Positions 1 through 7,880 of a DNA stretch of 64,000 nt are shown piece after piece. The notes under the pieces were generated by a model. The model had not been told where the DNA came from. It searched no databases and saw only the letters and a list, made by a program, of their open reading frames with translations. The position numbers and the translations under genes were made by a program. The DNA is from a virus. The stretch is from IMG/VR virus record IMGVR_UViG_3300037140_000076, positions 1-64,000 of that record; one strand, 5' to 3'. Within the stretch, counting starts at the first letter, position 1. The number at the start of each line of letters is the position of its first letter.

Positions 1-1
1 T

Positions 2-1549
2 AATTTAGCAGGGGACTGTTACCCTCATCAGGGAGATCTTGATTTTTGGTTACAGGAAATAAACGTTCCTATAACTGAACCAAATCAGTATCATTATAAT
101 AATACTTATTCTAAACAGAATACGGAAACTTCAATTGCCATAGACGCTCCTAACTTTATGCCTGGTAGAGCGTGTACTGTGAATTTTCCAAATAGAATTA
201 TTTCATCGGATAATCAAAATTGGTTTACATTTCCGGCAAATGATTTCTTTGATAATCCTTTAACCGATGGTACTATTATTTCCATAGACGGTATAGAAAA
301 CCAAACAGTGCTTGTTCGTAGTTTAAATAAAACAAGTATTTTTAAATCAATTTTAAGAACAGTAGTAGATGGGCAGACGGTCCAGATTGGAAACGGGGGA
401 GTATTCGCCAACCCTCCACAAGACTTTGGTACAACAACTCTAGGTTATATTGGAACTCAAAACAGAGGAATCTTACATACTGAATATGGTCATATTTGGG
501 CAGATGCAAAAAGAGGCCAGGTATTTAATATGGCAACTGGAGCATCAGGGGTAGATGAAATTTCTAAAGATGGAATGAAAAACTGGTTTAAAGAGAATTT
601 ACCGTTTCGTCTGCTTAGAGACTTCGCTAACATGCCTGAAACCGATATAGATAATAACTTTGTAGGAGTCGGATTAATTTATTCTTTTGATAAAAGAAAT
701 AATAAATTCGCAATGACAAAGCGTGATTGGAGTGTTACTAATCCAAATGTATTCTATGATTCTACCTTAAAACAATTTTATATTTTATCAGGTAATACCC
801 ACATACCGGTAGCGTTAGGAGATCCAAAATTCTTTAAGGACTGTTCGTGGACGGTCTCTTATAACTTCTTTACTAAGTCTTGGGTATCGTTCCATTCATA
901 TAAACCAGATTACTATATTGACTTTATTGACTTCTTTAGTTCAGGTATAAACACACCTACCGGTAGCAGTTACTGGATACATGATTTATTTAATGGAAGT
1001 TACCAGGTGTTTTATGGAAAACTGTTTCCTTTTATTGTGGAACCTGTGGCTAAGTTTGAAGAGCAACTCAAGATGCTTGGTAGCCAAGAGTTTGATACAG
1101 AAGTGAGACGTTATTCAAACGAATTTGATTATACACTTAAAAAGGACATTCCTGGATTCAATAAAGCTATTGTATATAATGATTTTTATAATAGCGGTTT
1201 AAACCACTTAGTAAAGGTAGATAAAAACGACTTTAGTAAATCAGGATCATATCCGATAAAAGGATTTAATCACTGGGACATTGAAGTTGCCGCTGCAAAC
1301 TACAAATGGAGATTTAATCAGTTTTATGCTTTAAATAAAGATAACACCGAAATTCCATTCTGGATATATGCTGGCAACAATGAAGAAAAGACATTAAATC
1401 ATTTAGCGTTTAACTATCTTAAAAACGATTATGATCTTTCCCGGTTAAGAGGACAGTGGTTTAAGACAAGACTTATAAATGATTCATTGAGTAATTATAA
1501 GATCATTTTTAAATTTAATAAAAACGATCAAACCTTACAATTTAGATAA
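2..1549 (+). CDS. Tail stabilisation/muzzle-type virion protein, C-terminal part (5'-truncated)
   Basis: Frame is open from base 2, upstream of the track ATG at 158; YHYNNTYS, GYIGTQ, WVSFHSY.P and C-terminal RLRGQW resemble crAss-like tail stabilisation proteins; position directly before the cargo genes. Confidence 0.7.
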   Translation, partial: NLAGDCYPHQGDLDFWLQEINVPITEPNQYHYNNTYSKQNTETSIAIDAPNFMPGRACTVNFPNRIISSDNQNWFTFPANDFFDNPLTDGTIISIDGIENQTVLVRSLNKTSIFKSILRTVVDGQTVQIGNGGVFANPPQDFGTTTLGYIGTQNRGILHTEYGHIWADAKRGQVFNMATGASGVDEISKDGMKNWFKENLPFRLLRDFANMPETDIDNNFVGVGLIYSFDKRNNKFAMTKRDWSVTNPNVFYDSTLKQFYILSGNTHIPVALGDPKFFKDCSWTVSYNFFTKSWVSFHSYKPDYYIDFIDFFSSGINTPTGSSYWIHDLFNGSYQVFYGKLFPFIVEPVAKFEEQLKMLGSQEFDTEVRRYSNEFDYTLKKDIPGFNKAIVYNDFYNSGLNHLVKVDKNDFSKSGSYPIKGFNHWDIEVAAANYKWRFNQFYALNKDNTEIPFWIYAGNNEEKTLNHLAFNYLKNDYDLSRLRGQWFKTRLINDSLSNYKIIFKFNKNDQTLQFR

Positions 1550-1550
1550 G

Positions 1551-2624
1551 ATGCCAGATACTAGCGGAACAAATTATAGTTTTTTAAATGATTATATTTC
1601 TAAAATAATTGGAGACTCTGATAAAGTTGACAACAATGTTTCAGAAGAGGATGATGATCATTTTTATGATGTTCCTGATGAGGATGACACCTCTGATGAG
1701 AATAATGATATTCAGTATAGTATGAATTCTAATGAGGATGACAATTCTGATGAAGGCGCAAGATTAGCTAATGATTATCTTCATGAAACTGGTGATCCGG
1801 ATACTACCGATAGTGACTATGACACTGAAGATGATACTGATCAGGATTCTATTTATGGGCAAGGCGATACGGGAAGTTATTCTGATAGTGCTCCTTCAAA
1901 CCCTGACTATTCATACGTTAGTAGAAATGAAGATCCTGAAAACAGCGATTTAGGCTCTAAGATAGCGTCTAAAGAAAGTCAAGGGAAATATGCAGCGTTT
2001 AATTCAGCCGGTGGTGGGGCAGGGGCTGTTGGTAAATATCAATTTAGATGGAATATTTGGAAAGATTCTATCCAAAAGGTAACCGGGGTAAAAAGTAAAG
2101 ATGAATTTTTAAATAATCCTCAAGCCCAGGAAAAATATTATGGTTGGTATGAAAAGAACTATTTAATACCCGTTGCAAGGAAGCTGCAACCTTATAACAA
2201 GAAAGGATTATCTGAAGACCAGATGGCTGAATTAGTTCATTTTAGAGGTGAAGACGGTGCCAAGAAGTATTTACAAGGAACCGCTCCAGATAAGCCAGAG
2301 AGGTATAATATGTCAACCTCCAAGTACATAGCTACTAAGCAACATGGTGGTGGAGGAGGAATGGGGGGAGGAGGCGGTGGACACGCAGGGGGTGGAGGGG
2401 GAATGGGCGTAGCAATGAGTGCTTCGGCTCAACATACTGGTTTAAATAACTCATCTTTTGATCATATGCTCTTTCCAATGCATGGTGAAAATGAATTTAG
2501 GGGATTGGATGATGGATCAGAAGTATACTTGGAGGATGAGTATGGGAAGAAGAAAAAGCTGAAAGGAAAGCATCATAAAACAACGATGAGAGGTCACGTA
2601 TTTGAAACTCGTTTAAATAGATAA
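1551..2624 (+). CDS. Virion-associated lysozyme-like/transglycosylase (muramidase) cargo protein
   Basis: Acidic N-terminus; IASKESQGKY..FN...GAVGKYQF lysozyme-like motif with catalytic Glu; Gly-rich linker; small C-terminal domain. Confidence 0.65.
   Translation: MPDTSGTNYSFLNDYISKIIGDSDKVDNNVSEEDDDHFYDVPDEDDTSDENNDIQYSMNSNEDDNSDEGARLANDYLHETGDPDTTDSDYDTEDDTDQDSIYGQGDTGSYSDSAPSNPDYSYVSRNEDPENSDLGSKIASKESQGKYAAFNSAGGGAGAVGKYQFRWNIWKDSIQKVTGVKSKDEFLNNPQAQEKYYGWYEKNYLIPVARKLQPYNKKGLSEDQMAELVHFRGEDGAKKYLQGTAPDKPERYNMSTSKYIATKQHGGGGGMGGGGGGHAGGGGGMGVAMSASAQHTGLNNSSFDHMLFPMHGENEFRGLDDGSEVYLEDEYGKKKKLKGKHHKTTMRGHVFETRLNR
2345..2410 (+). repeat. Low-complexity poly-Gly coding stretch (GGGGGMGGGGGGHAGGGGGMG)
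   Basis: GGN codon run within the 1551-2624 ORF. Confidence 0.8.
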
Positions 2625-2626
2625 TT

Positions 2627-4108
2627 ATGGCAAAGAAATGGAAACGTCAAACAGGCGGTAATAAAAGAGATGTACATTTTATAAAAATGAGCATATCTCA
2701 GGCACAACAGGGGGGCTTTGTACCTAAAGAAGATCCTAATAATCCAGGGTTTGATCTGCAAGGTAATCCTATTACCCGTTCTTCTCAAGATTATCCAGAA
2801 TTAGAACAAAATCCAGATGCCAATATAGATGTTACAGGTAATCTTGCAGCACAACAAAGACAACAAAGACAACAGCAGGGGAATGCTCCTAATCAGCCTC
2901 CTAAAAAAATAGCTTTTCTTGATAGCCCTCAAGGTAAGACCCTTAATCAAGGTATTAGAGGAATTACTGATGTGGCTAATTCTATTCAAAATAACAAATT
3001 ACAACATCAGGAAAAACTTCAGTTAAATGAAAGCATGACTCCTAGATTCATGCCTAATCCTAACTCCCAGGGGGCTAATAACGCTCCTGCCTATACGAAG
3101 TATGGTGGGGAAATGAAGATGGGAGGTCCGATTTCACACGGTTCACCAATAGGGGTTGTTGATTCTAATTCAGGCGGTCCTGGACTAGATGAATCAATGT
3201 ACGAAGGTATTAATCATGATAGTTTTTATGGACAGGATATGATTTATAGTGGAGAAATGCCAAGATACCGGGCAGGTGGTACTGTTTCTGCTGATAAAGC
3301 TAAAGAAATCCTTCGTGACGGTACAGCCCAGGGACATCCTTTGACTGATAAACAGAAAAGATATTTTGGATGGATTGCGGGTGGTTCTAAACAAGCAGGT
3401 GGATATTACGCTCAAAACGGAACTCAGGCACCGCCTCCAGCAAATGTCCCAGGAGGACAAGACGTTGTTGATCCTTCTAAACTTACTGATGAATATTATA
3501 TTCAAAATCAACTACTTCAACAGGATAAAGAGATGCTTAATAATAAATTAAAAGCAAAAAATCCTCAAGGATACGCTAAATATTTTTCAGGAATGCAAGC
3601 CTCTGAAAAAGCGGGTCATAGTCGTGAAGATTATGTTCAAGGTTCTGATTACAATGATTATTTATCCCCTGAAGAGGTAAAAAGCGCATTTCCTAATCCT
3701 AATGATTATAATAAATATATTAATAGTTTAAAGTCTGTAAATAGTTTCAATGTACAACAGGGACAAAAACCCCTGTATGGTAATATTGAAGGTGAACAAC
3801 AAGATCCCACTAAGATTAATTATGGAAGAAGGGCTGCAAGTGTTCAAACCTCTCATCAATATGCTCAAAAGATTGGAAATTATAATAGAGATTATAAATA
3901 TAATCCTCAAACACAAGGGGTTGATATTAGCGAAAGCGGTGATCTTTCTAAAAGACCTTCACAGTTTAAACCTATACAGCAACCTCAGCAACAGCAACAA
4001 GTTGCATCAAGACAAACCGGAGGATACTCTGTTGGAGATGAAGTTGAATTAAGTGCTCAGGAAATTAAGGAGTTGAAGAAACAAGGATACAAAATAGAAA
4101 ACATATAA
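2627..4108 (+). CDS. Putative internal virion (cargo/ejection) protein with repeated xxGG motifs
   Basis: Q/N/P-rich and probably disordered; RQTGG, AQQGG, TKYGG, MKMGG, YRAGG, KQAGG, RQTGG; lies in structural operon. Confidence 0.55.
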   Translation: MAKKWKRQTGGNKRDVHFIKMSISQAQQGGFVPKEDPNNPGFDLQGNPITRSSQDYPELEQNPDANIDVTGNLAAQQRQQRQQQGNAPNQPPKKIAFLDSPQGKTLNQGIRGITDVANSIQNNKLQHQEKLQLNESMTPRFMPNPNSQGANNAPAYTKYGGEMKMGGPISHGSPIGVVDSNSGGPGLDESMYEGINHDSFYGQDMIYSGEMPRYRAGGTVSADKAKEILRDGTAQGHPLTDKQKRYFGWIAGGSKQAGGYYAQNGTQAPPPANVPGGQDVVDPSKLTDEYYIQNQLLQQDKEMLNNKLKAKNPQGYAKYFSGMQASEKAGHSREDYVQGSDYNDYLSPEEVKSAFPNPNDYNKYINSLKSVNSFNVQQGQKPLYGNIEGEQQDPTKINYGRRAASVQTSHQYAQKIGNYNRDYKYNPQTQGVDISESGDLSKRPSQFKPIQQPQQQQQVASRQTGGYSVGDEVELSAQEIKELKKQGYKIENI

Positions 4109-4112
4109 CATA

Positions 4113-4517
4113 ATGAAAAAACAAAAAACCATAATAGAAATTGTTCCTTTAAATAAACAACGTTATGAAACTTTGGGGGATTATTTTTATGATAAACAAG
4201 GTGTTAGACATTTTAAAATAACAGATACTGGCAATGAATTCTATAATGATCTAATTCTTGTGCATGAATTAATCGAAGAAATTCTTACAAGAGCAAAAGG
4301 TATAAGCGAGAAGACAATTTTAAGACATGACTTGGAATTTGAGAAACTTTTGAAAGACGGAAAAGTTGGTCCAGATGAAGAACCAGGAGAACATAAAAAT
4401 TCTCCTTATAGACAAGAACATTTATTAGCAGAAATTGTTGAGAAGTTAATGTTGAATCATTTGAATAGAGAAACATTTAAAGAGTATAACAGCAAACTTT
4501 ATAAAATATTTGAATAA
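4113..4517 (+). CDS. Small putative metalloprotein/peptidase (HELIE motif)
   Basis: LILVHELIEE and downstream EPG...PY..EH..AE; stop overlaps the start of the ATP-grasp gene. Confidence 0.45.
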   Translation: MKKQKTIIEIVPLNKQRYETLGDYFYDKQGVRHFKITDTGNEFYNDLILVHELIEEILTRAKGISEKTILRHDLEFEKLLKDGKVGPDEEPGEHKNSPYRQEHLLAEIVEKLMLNHLNRETFKEYNSKLYKIFE

Positions 4518-5806
4518 TGGGAACAGTTGAAATGATACCAGAGGGACTTAAAATTGACTTAAAAGAAAAAGTTGCTTTGGTTTATGACAATGGCTTGTTT
4601 GTGGAAATTGCTAAAACCCTTTCAAAGTCTTTTAAGAAAGTTTATTATTATATGCCCTGGAAGAACGGTTTCCCAAAATCAAATCAATATATAGTTGGTC
4701 AAGGTATTGAAGGGATAGAAAGAATTCATGACTTTTGGGATTATGTTGATAAAGCAGATATTTTTATTTTTCCTGATATTTACGATGGGGATCTTCAATT
4801 GGAGTTAGTAAGACAAGGTAAGAATGTATGGGGTGGTAGAAAGGGAGAAGACATGGAGCTTTATAGAGATCGTATGAAACGTTATATGAAAAGTGTTGGA
4901 CTTTATGTAACTCCCTGGGTTTCTATAAAAGGTCTTACTAATTTAAGAGAATATTTAAAAGACAACCCTGATGTTTGGATAAAACAAAATGTAACGAGAG
5001 GGGATTTTGAAACAGCCCAGTCTAAATCATATGAAGAATTCGAACCTGTTCTTGATGAATGGGAACACATGTTGGGAAAGGTAAAGGAGAATAAAGTATT
5101 TATTGTAGAAAAGAATTTAGAAGCTGTGGAAACAGGTCTTGACTGTTATACAATAGATGGGCAATATCCGAGTCAGACGTTATGTGGTATAGAAGTAAAA
5201 GATTTAGGTTATGTTGGCAAAGTTATGCCGTATGATGAAATCTCTGATAAGATTACGGATTTTAATGATAAAATTATTGGTGCATTTAAAGCTTATAATT
5301 ACAGAGGGTTTTTTAGTACTGAAATAAGAGTTAGCGAAAACAAACCCCCTTATATGGTTGACTTTTGTGCTCGTGCGGGTTCTCCTCCTAGTGAACTTTA
5401 CCAGCTTATGTATAAAAACTTGGCTGAAATTATTTGGTACGGTGCTCAAGGTTTCATGATTGATCCTATTGTTAAACACGTTTATGGTGTTGAGGCTCTT
5501 ATTCATTCTTCCTGGGCAGATAAGAACTGGCAGAAAATTACTTTTCCACCGGAATATAGAAACAATATTAAATTAAGAAATGCTTGCGTTATTGATGGAT
5601 GTTATTATGCGGTTCCGCAGTCTGTGGGCCTTCCTGAGATTGGTGCCGTTGTTGGGGAAGGGGATACTATGGAAGAGGCTATTGAGCAGGTTAAGAAAAT
5701 TGCTCAGACTATTTCTGGTCATTACGTAGAAATAAAAATTGAATCAATAGATAAAGCACTTGAACAGTTTAATGAGTTAAAGAAGTTTGATATTAAAATT
5801 ATATAA
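4517..5806 (+). CDS. Divergent PurD/GARS-like ATP-grasp ligase
   Basis: VWG...MELYRDRMK.YM..VG, VWIK, FIVEK.L, YRGFFSTE, MVDFCARAGSP and GAVVGEGDTMEEA match the order of PurD ATP-grasp motifs; the PurD N-terminal GxGGREHA motif is absent. Confidence 0.72.
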   Translation: MGTVEMIPEGLKIDLKEKVALVYDNGLFVEIAKTLSKSFKKVYYYMPWKNGFPKSNQYIVGQGIEGIERIHDFWDYVDKADIFIFPDIYDGDLQLELVRQGKNVWGGRKGEDMELYRDRMKRYMKSVGLYVTPWVSIKGLTNLREYLKDNPDVWIKQNVTRGDFETAQSKSYEEFEPVLDEWEHMLGKVKENKVFIVEKNLEAVETGLDCYTIDGQYPSQTLCGIEVKDLGYVGKVMPYDEISDKITDFNDKIIGAFKAYNYRGFFSTEIRVSENKPPYMVDFCARAGSPPSELYQLMYKNLAEIIWYGAQGFMIDPIVKHVYGVEALIHSSWADKNWQKITFPPEYRNNIKLRNACVIDGCYYAVPQSVGLPEIGAVVGEGDTMEEAIEQVKKIAQTISGHYVEIKIESIDKALEQFNELKKFDIKII

Positions 5807-5808
5807 TT

Positions 5809-7785
5809 ATGCCACGTATAAGAATAAAGGGTGTACCTAAAAATGAAGATTCTTTGAAAAAAGTAAGAATCACAAAAGTACCTAAAGCGAAGGCTGGTGG
5901 TAAGTGGATACAGAAGGCCATCAACCCTGCTCATAAAGGCTATTGTACCCCTATGACAAAAGCAACTTGTACCCCGGCAAGAAAAGCATTTGCTAAAAGA
6001 GCTAAAGCGCACAAACTTCAATCAGGTGGTGATACTCCTATTACACACGGTCTTCCAGAAGATCAATCCCATTTAGCTAATATAGAAGCTGAGGGTGGAG
6101 AAGTTTATCAGAACCAGCAAGGTGGATTTAGGAAGATAGCAAACAATGCTCCGGATCACGAGCAAGGTGGTGTAATGATTCCTGATGCTGAACGTGTTTT
6201 GGAAGATACAAGTACTTCAAGAAAAGATAAATATTCTAAGAAATTAAAAATGTCTCCGACTGAGGTTGACACGATTTTTGGATTTAAACCCAAGAGACCG
6301 TTATCTCATGCTGAAGCTTTTGATTCCGTAAATAAACATTATGATAAAGAGGTTAATAAATATAATGGTAAATTAAAAAATACCAATGATGAAGAAACCT
6401 TGGATAAGCTTAGTGCAAATACTGTAAGATTGAATATGCTCAATAGAGATGTCGTTCCTGCAAAAGAGGATGTATTTAATACTTTATTTGAACATCAAGA
6501 AGCTATAAAAGCAGTTCATCAAATTCCAGATGACGGTAAACAAAAATATGGTGGGTTCAAACCTAGAATCAAAGTTCAAACAGGCGGTGACGCAACCGAC
6601 AACCCTGATCTTGGGCTTTATAGAGGTCCTAAGAATCCGGCTAATAGATTTACTCCGACCGGAAAAACTTCTGAAGCTAAGTTAACTGATAAGCAAATTG
6701 TAGATTCCTACAAAGCAGCCGGTGTTGATTTTGGTAGTGCAAGAGGATCAGATTTACAAGATAAAATATATAATTATCTTATAGAAAATCAGCCTGAAGT
6801 TCTAAAGGCATCATTGAAGGAATATGGTGCAAATAAAAAAGCTTTACAAGCGGGTAAGGGTAAGATTAAAGCGTTTAGTGATCCTGATAATGCTACAAAA
6901 GAAGATTTAAAAGCCGCATTACCGTACCTTAAAGACTCTATGCTTGGAGCTAGAATTCCTATACCTACTACAGAATCATCTCAAACCCCAGGTCCGGGTG
7001 GTAACGCTGCTCCTCCGGCAGCGGATCGTCCGTTTGTTCCCAAAACGGGAACTCCGGGTGCTACCGGGAATCCTCAGTCTGTTAAAGAACCTGACAACAA
7101 ATTCCATGAAGGAACGCATTGGTATGATATTGCCCCGGCTGCTGCTGAACTTGCAGATTCGCTTAGAAGGGACCCTGAGCTTTTTAACCCTGTACAGTAT
7201 CATCAATTAAAGTATAAGCTACTCAATCCATCTGCTGCTCTGTACGCTAACCAGGCTGACTATGAGGCGGGTTTACATGCATTACAGGGTCAAAACCTTG
7301 GTTCGGGGGTAAATGCCGCTAATGTGTCTAATTTGACCGCACAGAAGTATAAGGCGAATAACCAGATTTTAGGACAGTATGAAAATCAGAATACAGAGAT
7401 CCAAAATAAGGAAACTGAGTACAATAACCAGGTAAGGGATAAACAATCAATGGCTGATGCCGCAACAAGGGCTAATTTTTACGGTAATGTATTGAGATCC
7501 AGGGATAATCAGAGATTACAGAAGCTTCAGGCTATCCAGGATCTTAGCCGTGTACAGCAATTAAAGGCTCGTCAGAATACTAGTGGTAATTTAGTATCGA
7601 AATTAAGTCCTGCTTTTGATCAACAGGGTAATTATAATGGTTATCAATATATTCCAACTCTTCCGGATGAGGCGGGTTATCAACAACCCACTCAATCGCC
7701 AAAAGGGAAGGGAAAACAATCAACTACGACAACGTACAAAATCGGGGATAGGACCATTAGATCAACAAACACTATTCCTGATTAA
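5809..7785 (+). CDS. Putative internal virion (cargo) protein with xxGG motifs
   Basis: AKAGG, LQSGG, QKYGG, VQTGG plus NIEAEGGE...HEQGGV motif typical of crAss-like cargo proteins; coiled-coil-like C-terminus. Confidence 0.55.
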   Translation: MPRIRIKGVPKNEDSLKKVRITKVPKAKAGGKWIQKAINPAHKGYCTPMTKATCTPARKAFAKRAKAHKLQSGGDTPITHGLPEDQSHLANIEAEGGEVYQNQQGGFRKIANNAPDHEQGGVMIPDAERVLEDTSTSRKDKYSKKLKMSPTEVDTIFGFKPKRPLSHAEAFDSVNKHYDKEVNKYNGKLKNTNDEETLDKLSANTVRLNMLNRDVVPAKEDVFNTLFEHQEAIKAVHQIPDDGKQKYGGFKPRIKVQTGGDATDNPDLGLYRGPKNPANRFTPTGKTSEAKLTDKQIVDSYKAAGVDFGSARGSDLQDKIYNYLIENQPEVLKASLKEYGANKKALQAGKGKIKAFSDPDNATKEDLKAALPYLKDSMLGARIPIPTTESSQTPGPGGNAAPPAADRPFVPKTGTPGATGNPQSVKEPDNKFHEGTHWYDIAPAAAELADSLRRDPELFNPVQYHQLKYKLLNPSAALYANQADYEAGLHALQGQNLGSGVNAANVSNLTAQKYKANNQILGQYENQNTEIQNKETEYNNQVRDKQSMADAATRANFYGNVLRSRDNQRLQKLQAIQDLSRVQQLKARQNTSGNLVSKLSPAFDQQGNYNGYQYIPTLPDEAGYQQPTQSPKGKGKQSTTTTYKIGDRTIRSTNTIPD

Positions 7786-7825
7786 TTTGTAACAAAATTT
7801 AGTGATAATTTCCTTATTTTAAGGA

Positions 7826-7875
7826 TTTTGTCATAATTTTGAATTACAATTATAATTAAATTTTGTTATAATTTT
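7826..7875 (+). promoter_or_regulatory. AT-rich intergenic direct repeat ATTTTGTYATAATTTT x2, including a TAnnTTTG box
   Basis: attttgtcataatttt near 7826 and attttgttataatttt near 7860; TAATTTTG at 7834-7841; no clear -33 box. Confidence 0.35.
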
Positions 7876-7880
7876 ATAAA

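Noticed and set aside
4517-5806. Calling the ATP-grasp gene purD (purine-biosynthesis auxiliary gene)
   Set aside because: Lacks the GGREHA motif, is very divergent, has no pur neighbours and lies in the virion operon
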